DNA from: Candidatus Latescibacterota bacterium
GTDB lineage: Bacteria > Latescibacterota > UBA2968 > UBA8231
Direction of reading: 5' to 3'
NCBI GenBank assembly: GCA_965223905.1
Contig: CBDCXV010000011.1
Location: 416,001 to 480,000, forward strand
Length of the DNA stretch: 64,000 nt
Shown piece by piece: positions 9,421-18,990 of this stretch. The number at the start of each line of letters is the position of its first letter. Position 1 is the first letter of the stretch. The position numbers and the translations under genes were made by a program. The notes beneath the pieces were generated by a model. It saw only the letters and a program-made list of their open reading frames with translations. It was not told the DNA's origin and made no database searches.

Positions 9421-9846
9421 ATGTCCGAACTGAGGATGCCCGCTGTGAACCAAGTCTCCATGGCCGGCAGGCTGGTTCAGGATCCGGAGTACCGTATCAC
9501 CGACAACGGCAGTGCCAGGCTCAGTGCCCGCATTGCCGTCAACCGATCCTACCGCGACCACGACGGTGAATGGCAAGACGAAGCGTCTTTCTTCAACATC
9601 GTCGCATGGCAGAAGCTGGCCGAATTCGGCGCCGAGCGCTTGCGCAAAGGGACTCCCGTGTTCCTGACCGGTAGGCTTCGCAGCCACTCTTGGCGCGACG
9701 AAGAAGAGAACCCTCACTCGATCGTGGAGATTCAGGTGAGGAATCTCCAAATCCTGGAACGCACCGTTAATTCCGAGTCCTTGTCGAGCGTGGAAATCGA
9801 CCAAGAAGGCGAGGAGGAACTGGAGCTCGGAGCCGTTGCTGCCTAG
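9421..9846 (+). CDS. ssb: Single-stranded DNA-binding protein with atypical C-terminus
   Basis: NQVSMAGRLVQDPEYR...IAVNR...FFNIVAW...LRKG...GRL OB fold. GGAGG RBS before ATG 9421. Confidence 0.9.
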   Translation: MSELRMPAVNQVSMAGRLVQDPEYRITDNGSARLSARIAVNRSYRDHDGEWQDEASFFNIVAWQKLAEFGAERLRKGTPVFLTGRLRSHSWRDEEENPHSIVEIQVRNLQILERTVNSESLSSVEIDQEGEEELELGAVAA

Positions 9847-10072
9847 GTCGTTCGCAGGTCCGGAGAAAACCAAACCAGTGCGGAAGGGTTCGTCCTTGCG
9901 CACTGGAGCCCTGCTCGCAAGGAGTCGTGCGGCGAGCTTTAACCCCGTGCTAACTTCTGGAGGAGATTCCCTCGATGCAAAACGCCGGGGGAATCTGCGG
10001 TAATGGGCTCGCAGGCACTGAAACGAGGACTGTCAGAGGAGGGAGCGTCGGAAGAGCCCCTCCTCGACGCCT

Positions 10073-11257
10073 TTAGGCCGGGATCTCGAACAGCGTGGCT
10101 ATGCCCATTCCGCCTCCAATGCACAAAGCGGCGATACCGCGGCGGGCCCGGCGCCGCACCATCTCGTGAATCAGGGTGACCGCGATGCGGGCCCCACTCG
10201 CTCCGACGGCGTGGCCGAGAGCGATCGCTCCGCCGTTGACGTTGACCCGAGCTTCGTCCCAGTCCAGCTCCTGACCTACGGCCAGGGATTGGGCGGCGAA
10301 CGCTTCGTTCACTTCGAGAAGGTCGATGTCGTCCAGCGTCAAACCGGTTTTTCCCAACAGCTTGCGAATCGCCGGGGCAGGGCCGATCCCCATGATTCTC
10401 GGGTCGACTCCCGCCGTCGCCGTGGCGCTGACACAGGCGACGGGAACTGTGCCCTTGCGCCGGGCGCGATCGCCCGACATCAAAAGCAGAGCCGCGGCCC
10501 CGTCGTTGATGCCTGAGGAGTTTCCTGGGGTCACGGTGCCGTCATTTTTGAACGCGGGGCGGAGTTGCCCGAGACGCTCCAGGCTGGTGCCCTTGCGCGG
10601 GTGTTCGTCGACGTCGAACACCGATGGATCCCCCTTGCGCCACGGCACCATGACCGGGGCGATTTCGTCGGCGAACAGCCCGGCGGCGTGAGCGCGGTGA
10701 TAATGTTCCTGGCTCCGCATCGCAAAGCGGTCCTGGTCCTCGCGAGATATCCGGTACTGATCTGCCAGGTTCTCTGCGGTAATCCCCATGTGGCAATCGT
10801 AAAAGCAGTCCCAGAGACCATCCATAATCATCAGATCGGTCACTTCTCCATGGCCGAGACGCTGTCCCCACCGACTCCCCTGAAGGCCGTACGGTACCCT
10901 GCTCATGTTCTCCGCCCCACCCGCCACCACGACTTCGGCTTCCCCGGTGACGATCGCCTGGGCTCCCAGTGCTATCGACTTCAGTCCCGAGCCGCACAGC
11001 TTGTTTATGGTCATCGCCGGCACGCCGTACGGCACGCCCGCCCCGACCGCGGCCTGACGGGCGACGTTCGGTCCCAGGCCGCCTTGGTAGATCGTACCCA
11101 GGACGACCTCGTCGACGTCGGCCGGGTCAGTCTGCCCCCGCGCCAGCACGGCCTGGACAACCGTAGATCCGAGTGATTGCGTACCGACCTCGCGCAACGC
11201 ACCCCCAAAGGTCCCCGTGGCGGTGCGTACGGCGCTGACAACAACAGGGCTTGACAT
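10073..11257 (-). CDS. Acetyl-CoA C-acetyltransferase (thiolase)
   Basis: INKLCGSGL, NEAFA, GGAIALGH, ALCIGGGMG. Confidence 0.95.
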   Translation of the reverse strand: MSSPVVVSAVRTATGTFGGALREVGTQSLGSTVVQAVLARGQTDPADVDEVVLGTIYQGGLGPNVARQAAVGAGVPYGVPAMTINKLCGSGLKSIALGAQAIVTGEAEVVVAGGAENMSRVPYGLQGSRWGQRLGHGEVTDLMIMDGLWDCFYDCHMGITAENLADQYRISREDQDRFAMRSQEHYHRAHAAGLFADEIAPVMVPWRKGDPSVFDVDEHPRKGTSLERLGQLRPAFKNDGTVTPGNSSGINDGAAALLLMSGDRARRKGTVPVACVSATATAGVDPRIMGIGPAPAIRKLLGKTGLTLDDIDLLEVNEAFAAQSLAVGQELDWDEARVNVNGGAIALGHAVGASGARIAVTLIHEMVRRRARRGIAALCIGGGMGIATLFEIPA

Positions 11258-11295
11258 GGTCTTTCCTACCCTCACGATTTCGGGGAGAGGTCGCG

Positions 11296-11324
11296 TTGAC
11301 CAAATGTAGGTACGATCCTATCTT
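11296..11324 (+). promoter_or_regulatory. sigma70-type promoter upstream of tRNA-Ala
   Basis: TTGACC-17 nt-TATCTT. Confidence 0.55.
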
Positions 11325-11582
11325 TTGAAAAATCAACACCATAAGGATCATTCCGGGAGGGAGTGTGGGCCATTCTGAGAACAAGATCCTCTTGGAACAC
11401 GCAGTCCTCAAGCAGGGTTGCACGGAGAAGGTACAACTCTGAAATACGGAAAACTCTCCGAGCGTTTTAGGTAAGGAGGGACCGCTCCGACACAGCCGAA
11501 CAATTCGAGTGGCGAGGGCGGCGGGCCACCGGATCTTCGCCCTGATCGGTCGGACCTGACGTTCGGTTTCATAGTTTCTTTC

Positions 11583-11658
11583 GGGGCAGTAGCTCAGTTG
11601 GGAGAGCGCGGGCTTTGCAAGCCTGAGGTCGTCGGTTCGATCCCGATCTGCTCCACCA
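11583..11658 (+). tRNA. tRNA-Ala(UGC)
   Basis: 76-nt cloverleaf: GGGGCAG/CTGCTCC acceptor stem with G3:U70, anticodon loop TTTGCAA, GTTCGATC T-loop, encoded CCA. Confidence 0.98.
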
Positions 11659-11698
11659 GCCTTCCATGGACATTGCCGAGGGTGGGGGCTCACCCTCC

Positions 11699-12571
11699 TT
11701 ACCCGGTGTAGAGCACGGTCATGCTGACGGCGAGCCAGAGCAGAATCGCGGCCTGTAGCGGCCGATCCCGCCACAGTACTTCCTCCGGCTCTGCTCCTTC
11801 CTCCCTGCGGTAAACCAGGAACAGGTATCTCAGGACACCGTAGAGCACGAACGGAATGGTCCACTGCATGTTCCGGTCCGCCTGCCCCGGTTCTTCGTCG
11901 ACTCCCATAGCGTACAGGGCGTAACAAATCAAAGTCGCAGACGTAAGGATGGAGATCACCTGATCGAGAAACGGAAGGGAGTATTCCCGCAGTGTGGCGC
12001 GGTGACGCTCGGCTCTCCCCCGCAGGTGCACCATCTCCTGCCGGCGCTTGATAGTAGAGACAAACAAGGTGACCGCGAACGCGCAGAGTACGAACCAGGT
12101 CGAGATGTGCACGTCGATCACAACCGCCCCTCCCAGGGCACGCAGGAGATAGCCGGAGGCGACACACAGCACGTCTAACAGTACGACGTGCTTGAGGCGG
12201 ACCGAATAAGCGACGTTCAGGACCGTGTAGACCACAGTCACCCATCCGAAATCGCGATTGAGCAGGAAGGCGCAACCCCCACCCCCCGCGATCAGGAGGA
12301 CGCTGGAGACGATAGCGGCCGGGACGGGAAGCGCTCCAGATGCGAGCGGCCTTTTCGATTTGAGAGGGTGATTCCGATCCTGTTCGAGGTCGAGTAGATC
12401 GTTGACCAGGTAGATGCCGCCGCTCAGGGCCCAGAAACAGAGAAAAGCGCCGAGGGCGCGACTAGCGAACGACCATTCCAGCAGATGTTCGGAGAAAACC
12501 AGGGCGGGAAAGACGAACAGGTTCTTGAGCCACTGGCGAGGACGCGTAGACAACAACAGGTCAACAAGCAT
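11699..12571 (-). CDS. UbiA-family prenyltransferase (decaprenyl-phosphate phosphoribosyltransferase-like)
   Basis: RPRQWLKN, YLVNDLLDLEQDRNHPLKSKRPLASG, KRRQE. Multiple TM helices. Confidence 0.88.
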   Translation of the reverse strand: MLVDLLLSTRPRQWLKNLFVFPALVFSEHLLEWSFASRALGAFLCFWALSGGIYLVNDLLDLEQDRNHPLKSKRPLASGALPVPAAIVSSVLLIAGGGGCAFLLNRDFGWVTVVYTVLNVAYSVRLKHVVLLDVLCVASGYLLRALGGAVVIDVHISTWFVLCAFAVTLFVSTIKRRQEMVHLRGRAERHRATLREYSLPFLDQVISILTSATLICYALYAMGVDEEPGQADRNMQWTIPFVLYGVLRYLFLVYRREEGAEPEEVLWRDRPLQAAILLWLAVSMTVLYTG

Positions 12572-12793
12572 ACTGCAGTCGCGGCAGGCCAGCGTCCTGT
12601 CAGGGATGGATTGGTGAAAAAGGCAGCCGAGGCGCCCTCAACCCGCTTTGATCTTCTGCTCTCAAAAGCGGGTTCTTCACAGGCAATCGGGAAGTTCGGG
12701 GGCCGGAAGTGAATGGAGTAGTACAGGATTCCAGGACCGGCGAAACCAATGCACGAAATAGCGGTTTTGGGTTCGCCTGGATACATCCGGCGC

Positions 12794-13354
12794 CTACACT
12801 TCCATTATCTCTTTCGCCTTCACCTCGATGATCTCATCGACATGTTTAATGAAGTCGTCGGTGAGCTTCTGGATATGGTCTTGTGCGGAGCGGGCCTCGT
12901 CTTCGCCAATGTCTCCGTCATTCTTGGCTGCATCGACGAGGTAGAGACCATCGCGGCGGCCGTGTCTGACCGCCACTCGCCCTTCCTCGGCCCGGCTGCG
13001 GGCAACCTTGGTCAATTCGATACGGCGCTCACCGGTCAGTTCCGGGATAGGCAGGCGAATGATGGCACCGTCGTTGGAGGGATTCAGCCCCAGGTTTTTA
13101 TCGGCGAGAATGGCCTTTTCGATGTCGGGTATCAGATTTGGTTCGTACGGACGCACTACAATCAGCCTGGGCCCCGGGATGCTGATGGCTGCCAGTTGGT
13201 TCAAGGGAGTGGGTGTGCCGTAGTAGTCGATACGGATGCCGTCGAGCAGGGAAGCCGACGCCCTGCCGGTGCGAATTACGGCAAGATCGCGCTTCAGAGC
13301 ATCTATGGAGTTGCTCATCTGTCGCCGAACTTCCTCGTAGATCTCCTCCAACAT
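12794..13354 (-). CDS. frr: Ribosome recycling factor
   Basis: IRTGRAS, YYG.PTPLNQLA, GLNPSNDG, PELTGERR. Confidence 0.96.
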   Translation of the reverse strand: MLEEIYEEVRRQMSNSIDALKRDLAVIRTGRASASLLDGIRIDYYGTPTPLNQLAAISIPGPRLIVVRPYEPNLIPDIEKAILADKNLGLNPSNDGAIIRLPIPELTGERRIELTKVARSRAEEGRVAVRHGRRDGLYLVDAAKNDGDIGEDEARSAQDHIQKLTDDFIKHVDEIIEVKAKEIMEV

Positions 13355-13411
13355 GATCTTTGCCTCCAGCGAGGACCAAGTCCCGACAGATCGATCTCCC
13401 GACAGATCGAT

Positions 13412-14017
13412 CTATTGACTACCCTCGCCCAGCCGAAACACCGAGAAGCGACTGATCGATATTTTCTCGCCGACCTTCGATGTCAATTCGGTGACCAAGT
13501 CTTCAATCGACTGGTCGCTGTTCTTGACAAACGGTTGTTCCAGGAGGCAGACCTCCTGGAACAACTTTTCCAGGCGCCCGGAGACGATCTTCTCGGCAAT
13601 GTGATCGGGCTTGCCTTCGTTTTTCGCCTGTTCCAGGTAGATCTCGCGCTCGTGCGCAATCACCTCGGGGTCGATTGAATCTCTGTCGATCGCGCGCGGC
13701 TGTTCTGCGGCGATGTGCATGGCCACGTCCTTGGCGAACTGCTGAAAATCTTCGGTTCGCGCGACGAAGTCAGTCTCACAGTTTACCTCGACCAGGACAC
13801 CGAGGCGATTCCCGGGATGAATGTAGGAAGTCACCAGCCCTTCGAGCGCGTCGCGCCCGGCTCGCTTTTCCACAGCTGCCATCCCCTGCTTCCGCAGATA
13901 GTCGACTGCCTTGTCGAGATCGCCATTAGTCTCCTGCAAGGCCTTCTTGCAGTCCATCAACCCGATCCCCGTCTGTTCCCGCAGCTGCCTGACAACCGCC
14001 GCGGAGATGTCCGTCAT
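13412..14017 (-). CDS. tsf: Elongation factor Ts (short type)
   Basis: LREQTGIGLMDCKKAL, EVNCETDFVA, 201 aa. Confidence 0.97.
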   Translation of the reverse strand: MTDISAAVVRQLREQTGIGLMDCKKALQETNGDLDKAVDYLRKQGMAAVEKRAGRDALEGLVTSYIHPGNRLGVLVEVNCETDFVARTEDFQQFAKDVAMHIAAEQPRAIDRDSIDPEVIAHEREIYLEQAKNEGKPDHIAEKIVSGRLEKLFQEVCLLEQPFVKNSDQSIEDLVTELTSKVGEKISISRFSVFRLGEGSQ

Positions 14018-14059
14018 ACCTGTGCCGCCTTTCCCTTTGCAGATTGTCGCCTGTGCTGC

Positions 14060-14911
14060 CTACGAACGCTCGCTAGGTCGCCCGGAACCGATTGCCGACG
14101 GACTGACGGGCGTCGGAGGCCTCGGACTTCCAGAATCGGAAGAAGTGGAAAGCGAGCCGGCCCCCGCAACAGCCTGGTCTACCGCTTCCCCATCAACTCC
14201 CTCGGCCGCCACTGCTTCGGCCTCATCGGAAGCGGCCCGACCTTCGATCACCGCGTCGGCGATCAACGCCGTGATCAACTCGATGGATCGGAGGGCGTCG
14301 TCGTTGCCAGGTATCGGATAGGTCACGAGGTCGGGGTCGCAGTTCGTGTCGACGATGGCGACCGAGGGTATCCCCAGCTTCCTCGCTTCGGAGATTGCCA
14401 GCTTTTCCTTTTTGATGTCGACTATGTATACCAGACCGGGAGGAGTGGCCATCTTTCGAATGCCGGCAAGCGTTTTGGCCATGCGCGCCCGTTCCTTTTC
14501 CAGCAACAGCACTTCCTTCTTTTTCAGCTTTTCGTAGGTGCCGTCCGTGGCGATGCGATCAAGATGGTCGAGGTGGCGGATGTTCTGGCGGATGGTCAAC
14601 CAGTTGGTGAGCATCCCTCCGAGCCAGCGCTCGGTTACGTAGAACATCCCGGAGCGCTCCGATTCGCGCAGCACCACATCGACTGCCTGTTTCTTGGTGC
14701 CGACGAACAGAACCGATTTTCCTGCCCGGGCGGTATCGACGACCGCCTGGTAGGCTTCGCCCAGCATCGTCACCGTCTTCTGCAGATCGACGATGTGAAT
14801 GCCGTTGCGCTTTGTGAAAATGAACGGTCGCATTTTGGGATTCCAGCGTTGGGTCTGGTGGCCGAAATGCGTACCTGCTTCGAGAAGATCGCGTATCGCT
14901 ACGTCGGGCAT
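14060..14911 (-). CDS. rpsB: 30S ribosomal protein S2
   Basis: LLEAGTHFGHQTQRWNPKM, RWLGGMLTN, IPGNDDA. Confidence 0.98.
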   Translation of the reverse strand: MPDVAIRDLLEAGTHFGHQTQRWNPKMRPFIFTKRNGIHIVDLQKTVTMLGEAYQAVVDTARAGKSVLFVGTKKQAVDVVLRESERSGMFYVTERWLGGMLTNWLTIRQNIRHLDHLDRIATDGTYEKLKKKEVLLLEKERARMAKTLAGIRKMATPPGLVYIVDIKKEKLAISEARKLGIPSVAIVDTNCDPDLVTYPIPGNDDALRSIELITALIADAVIEGRAASDEAEAVAAEGVDGEAVDQAVAGAGSLSTSSDSGSPRPPTPVSPSAIGSGRPSERS

Positions 14912-15165
14912 GTCACACTCACTTTCGTTCGGTCGATGGCACGGGGGCCACAGCCCTCATCCCCCGAACCTGAACTCCCCTGCAAAGAGACCCTCGTGCG
15001 CAAAAAGGACCTGCTGTAACTCTTCACAAGGGCCATGTCATGAACTGCCGAAGGCATAGGAGATGCATCGGAACTTGAGGCGAGGAAATTGCCGGCTGGT
15101 CGATGGATTGAAAGTCGTCCAAACCACCCGCGGTTTGTCTTGCGCCCTCCGCAGTCGCGGAAAAC

Positions 15166-15561
15166 TCAGCGCTTGGAGAACTGGAAACGCTTGCGGGCTC
15201 CGGCCAAGCCGTACTTTTTGCGCTCCTTCTCCCTGGAGTCGCGGGTCAGAAAGCCCGCCTTTTTCAATGCCGGACGCCAAGTCGGATCGTACTGAATCAG
15301 CGCTCGGGCGATGCCCAGACAGGCGGCTCCTGCCTGTCCCTGCAGACCGCCTCCATGCACACTTATCTGGATGTCGAACCGCTGGCGCGATTCGGTCAGG
15401 TCGAGGGGTTGGACCATCATCATTTCAAGGGCGTCCCGCCTGAGGTAATCCTCGACACTGCGGCCATTCATCGCGATCGTTCCGGACCCGGGTCGGATGC
15501 GCACGCGGGCGACGGACGTTTTCCTGCGGCCGGTCGCCTCGAGAGTCTGTTCAGCCGTCAT
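15166..15561 (-). CDS. rpsI: 30S ribosomal protein S9
   Basis: TGRRKTSVARV...ERKKYGLAGARKRFQFSKR. Confidence 0.98.
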   Translation of the reverse strand: MTAEQTLEATGRRKTSVARVRIRPGSGTIAMNGRSVEDYLRRDALEMMMVQPLDLTESRQRFDIQISVHGGGLQGQAGAACLGIARALIQYDPTWRPALKKAGFLTRDSREKERKKYGLAGARKRFQFSKR

Positions 15562-15577
15562 CCCGCCCTTTCCCCAT

Positions 15578-16009
15578 TCAGAGGGCCAACTCTTCCGGCT
15601 TTTGCGCCGCGTGCCGATGTTCGGGACCAGCGTACACCCGCAGCTTCTTCATCGTCTGCCTCCCCAGCACATTGCGCGGCAGCATTCCGCGAACCGCTTT
15701 CCTGATCACGCGCTCGGGGTGTTTTTCCATCATCTCGCGGTAAGTCGTCGTGCGGAGGCCTCCGGGATATCCGGTGTGGCGGTAGTAAACCTTCCGCTCC
15801 TCCTTGCGACCCGTCACCGCGACCTTTTCGGCGTTGACGACGATCACGTGATCCCCCATGTCGAGATGCGGTGTAAAGGTCGGCTTGTGCTTGCCGCGAA
15901 GTACATGGGCGATCCGCGATGCCAGCCTGCCCAGTGTTTCGCCGCTCGCATCAACGACGTACCACTTGCGATCGATTTCGTGCACCTTGGGCGAGTATGT
16001 CTTTTCCAC
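15578..16009 (-). CDS. rplM: 50S ribosomal protein L13
   Basis: WYVVDA...LGRLAS...[10 protein letters not shown]...HTGYPGGL. Probable GTG start at 16009. Confidence 0.97.
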   Translation of the reverse strand: MEKTYSPKVHEIDRKWYVVDASGETLGRLASRIAHVLRGKHKPTFTPHLDMGDHVIVVNAEKVAVTGRKEERKVYYRHTGYPGGLRTTTYREMMEKHPERVIRKAVRGMLPRNVLGRQTMKKLRVYAGPEHRHAAQKPEELAL

Positions 16010-16051
16010 GCCTTGCTCCGCAGCGAGCATTCCTTAGAAAATAGACCTTTT

Positions 16052-16080
16052 AACTTAAGGGGGACATTGTTGACTGTCAA
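16052..16080 (-). promoter_or_regulatory. sigma70-type promoter of rplM-rpsI, inside the dedA 3' end
   Basis: TTGACA-17 nt-TAAGTT. The -35 lies in the palindrome TGTTGAC-N-GTCAACA. Confidence 0.65.
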
Positions 16081-16687
16081 CATGACGCCGGCGCCTCCAG
16101 GCCCGGAACAGGGCGAGGGCGACCAAGGTGGCGATCCCCGCGAGCACCGTTCGGTTGTAGTCCCCGAGCAGTTCGACGGCACGCTCCCAGTTGTTTCCGA
16201 CGAGCAGCCCGGCGTAGATCAGCAGGCCGTTCCAGATCGCCATGCTCACCAGCCCCAGTCCCACCACCGGTTTCCAGCCCATCCCCCCCATTCCCGCTGA
16301 AAGCGCGATCACGGAGCGGATGCCGCTGAGAAAGCGGTTGGCGAGCACCAGCCAGGCGCCGTAGCGCTCCAGCCATCGGCTCGCGCGCTCGAGGCTCTGT
16401 ACGGAGGCTATGCGAAGCCGGGACTGCAGGATGCGGGCCCCGTGTCTGGCGCCGAGCGCGAACATCACCGAGAAGCCCAGGGTTCCGCCGAGGCAGGTGC
16501 ATACGTACACTGGGATCCACTCCAGCACGCCGCGGCCGACGAGATAGGCGCTGAAGATGACCACAACGTCGCCGGGCACCGGGGGGATGAGGTTCTCCAG
16601 GAAAGCGCTGGCCACCAGTAGGATATAGGCCCACAGCGGATTCCATCGCCCCAATTCGGCAACCGCGCTGTTGATGAATTCGACCAA
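16055..16687 (-). CDS. DedA family membrane protein
   Basis: FLENLIPPVPGD, RFLSGIRS, hydrophobic helices. Confidence 0.9.
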   Translation of the reverse strand: MVEFINSAVAELGRWNPLWAYILLVASAFLENLIPPVPGDVVVIFSAYLVGRGVLEWIPVYVCTCLGGTLGFSVMFALGARHGARILQSRLRIASVQSLERASRWLERYGAWLVLANRFLSGIRSVIALSAGMGGMGWKPVVGLGLVSMAIWNGLLIYAGLLVGNNWERAVELLGDYNRTVLAGIATLVALALFRAWRRRRHVDSQQCPP

Positions 16688-16699
16688 TTGCGAGGGCGG

Positions 16700-17920
16700 C
16701 TACTTTTCAACCTGGGCTACGGCTTGCGCCGCCATGCCCTCGGAGCGCCCGATGAATCCGAGCCCCTCGGTCGTCGTCGCCTTGACAGAAACCGCCTCCA
16801 CGGGAATCTGCATCGCCTCCGAAAGCTTTCCCCGGATGGCGTCCATGTGGGGAGCAAGCCTCGGTTCCTGCGCCATGACCACCGCATCCACGTTGACCAC
16901 CCGCACCCCCTTTTCGCCGAGGAGATCGCGCACCCTGGCGAGCAGCACCAGGCTCGAGATGCCGCGATAGCTCTCGTCGTCGTCAGGGAAGTGCCGGCCA
17001 ATGTCGCCGAGAGCGGCCGCTCCCAGCAAGGCATCGATTATGGCGTGAGTGAGAACATCGGCGTCGGAGTGCCCTTCCAGACCTGCAGAGTGGGGAATGG
17101 TCAACCCGCCGAGTATCAGCGGCTTGCCCGGCACCAGGCGATGAACGTCGTATCCCTGCCCCACCCTCGTGCAGGAAACGACTGCCGTGGCTTCCGGACT
17201 GTCTGCGGGTTTTTCCAGACCGCGCTTGTCCATGTACCATTCGGCTTTCTCGAAGTCTTCGGGAGTCGTCATCTTGATGTTAACGGAATCGCCGGGAACG
17301 ACGCGTACCTTCACACCCATGCGCTCCAGCAACGTCGCCTCGTCGGTCGCCGGGCCGGCACCTGCTGCGGCACTGTGGACGAACGCGGCGAGGAGGGAAT
17401 CCCTGCGGAATCCCTGGGGGGTTTGCGCGTTCCACAAAGATCGCCGGTCCGGCGTCCCGACGACCACCTCCCCGCTCACTTCCTTCACGGTCTCGATAAC
17501 AGGCCGGGCCGGAATGGCGGCCCCGGACTGCTCGGTCGCCTCGATTACCCGGTCGATCAGCTCTCCAGTGACCAGTGGACGCACGGCGTCGTGAATCAGG
17601 ACGATCTCGTCCTCCGCCGTTGTCGCGCTTAGGGCGGAGCGAACCGAGTCGCAGCGCTCCCTGCCGCCGTCGACAGCCTGCCGCAGCTTGGAAAAGTCGC
17701 CGGCAAATTCTTCATATCGGGCGCGATCGGCGGGATTGAGGACGACGATGATTCCCCCTACCGATCGGGTCTCCTCGAAGCAGCGCAGCGTATGCCACAA
17801 TACCGGCTTGCCCAGCAGTTTCCGGAACTGTTTGGGTACCACGCCCGGCATCCGCGTCCCGCGGCCGGCCGCGGGAATCACAACGACGACCTTGCCTGCT
17901 GTTTTGCTGGCTTCAGACAT
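16700..17920 (-). CDS. ispDF: Bifunctional IspD/IspF (MEP pathway)
   Basis: IPAAGRGTRM...PKQF, HDAVRP, QTPQGF, then GQGYDVH, GHSDADV, KATTTEGLGF. Start ATG 17920. Confidence 0.95.
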   Translation of the reverse strand: MSEASKTAGKVVVVIPAAGRGTRMPGVVPKQFRKLLGKPVLWHTLRCFEETRSVGGIIVVLNPADRARYEEFAGDFSKLRQAVDGGRERCDSVRSALSATTAEDEIVLIHDAVRPLVTGELIDRVIEATEQSGAAIPARPVIETVKEVSGEVVVGTPDRRSLWNAQTPQGFRRDSLLAAFVHSAAAGAGPATDEATLLERMGVKVRVVPGDSVNIKMTTPEDFEKAEWYMDKRGLEKPADSPEATAVVSCTRVGQGYDVHRLVPGKPLILGGLTIPHSAGLEGHSDADVLTHAIIDALLGAAALGDIGRHFPDDDESYRGISSLVLLARVRDLLGEKGVRVVNVDAVVMAQEPRLAPHMDAIRGKLSEAMQIPVEAVSVKATTTEGLGFIGRSEGMAAQAVAQVEK

Positions 17921-17949
17921 GGTGGTCGGGGCCCTTCCTGGCCGGGAAT

Positions 17950-18990
17950 TCACGAGATGAACATGGCGTCGCCGTAGCTGTAGAAGCGATATCCCGCGGC
18001 TACCGCTTCGCGATAGGCGGCAAGGACCGCATCCGTTCCGGCGAACGCCGACACCAGCATGAGCAGGGTCGAACGCGGCAGGTGGAAATTGGTCAACAGT
18101 GCATCGACAGCCCGGAAGCGATAGGGGGGCAGGATGTAATATTCGGTCCATCCGGCCCCGCCGCGAACCAGGCCCTCCTCCGACGCCAGCGTTTCCAGAG
18201 TCCGCGCGGTGGTCGTACCGATGGCGACAATACGGCCTCCTGCTCGCTTTCGACGACATATCTCCCCGGCCTCCGATTCGCCCAGCTCGTACCACTCCGC
18301 TTCCAATCGATGTTTGCGAGGATCGGTCTTTCGGACCGGTTCGAATGTTCCGGGTCCGACGTTAAGGGTCAAGGGGATTACCCCCACCCCCACCTGCCGC
18401 AGGCGACCGATCATGTCCAAGGTAAAGTGAAGACCCGCGGTCGGGGCAGCGACCGCTCCCTCGCTGCGGGCATATACCGTTTGATAGCGCTCGAAGTCTT
18501 CGGAAATCGGACGCCGCTGAAGGTACGGGGGCAGCGGGACCTCGCCATGGGCGCGGATGATTTCCCGGTCCGGCCGACCACCTTCGAATCGAATGCTGAG
18601 GCGGCCGTCCGGCCCGATCGCAAGAACACGAATGGCCGCCCCGGGACGGTCTCCTGCGACGAGTTCCAGCCTTTCGGATTCCTTAAGGCGCCTTGTCGGC
18701 TTGCCGAGGGCTTGCCAGCAGCCCTCTTCGGTACGGTGAATCAGCAGCAGTTCGATCCGCCCCCCACCGCTCATCCTGCGGGCCTGGAGCCGCGCCGGAA
18801 AGACCTTGGCGTCGTTGATGACGAGGGCGTCCGCGGGGCTGAGCAGATCGGGGAAATCGGCGAATTCAAGGTGCTCGTGCGAGCCGCCGTCGCGACGCAG
18901 ATGCAGAAGACGCGAGCCATCGCGAGCTTCCGCAGGATGTTTGGCTATCTGGCTCGGAGGGAGGGCAAAGTCGAAATCGGATAGGTCCAT
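17950..18990 (-). CDS. queA: S-adenosylmethionine:tRNA ribosyltransferase-isomerase
   Basis: PLPPY, YQTVYA, AAPTAGLHFT, TNFHLPRSTL, YRFYSYGDAM. Confidence 0.97.
   Translation of the reverse strand: MDLSDFDFALPPSQIAKHPAEARDGSRLLHLRRDGGSHEHLEFADFPDLLSPADALVINDAKVFPARLQARRMSGGGRIELLLIHRTEEGCWQALGKPTRRLKESERLELVAGDRPGAAIRVLAIGPDGRLSIRFEGGRPDREIIRAHGEVPLPPYLQRRPISEDFERYQTVYARSEGAVAAPTAGLHFTLDMIGRLRQVGVGVIPLTLNVGPGTFEPVRKTDPRKHRLEAEWYELGESEAGEICRRKRAGGRIVAIGTTTARTLETLASEEGLVRGGAGWTEYYILPPYRFRAVDALLTNFHLPRSTLLMLVSAFAGTDAVLAAYREAVAAGYRFYSYGDAMFIS

Noticed and set aside
11583-11700. tRNA-Ala as tmRNA or as an island integration site
   Set aside because: It has a complete D-arm and anticodon arm. No integrase or duplicated 3' end was seen in the window.
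12640-12674. Inverted repeat AACCCGCTTT...AAAGCGGGTT downstream of frr as a terminator
   Set aside because: The hairpin is real but lacks a U-tract in the frr direction, so function is not supportable.
14912-15165. rpsB leader as an S2 autoregulatory RNA
   Set aside because: Position is suggestive but no conserved structure could be verified by eye; needs an Rfam scan.
16700-18295. 531-aa N-terminally extended IspDF
   Set aside because: The extension overlaps queA out of frame; ATG 17920 is the plausible start. The IspD-IspF fusion itself is well known.
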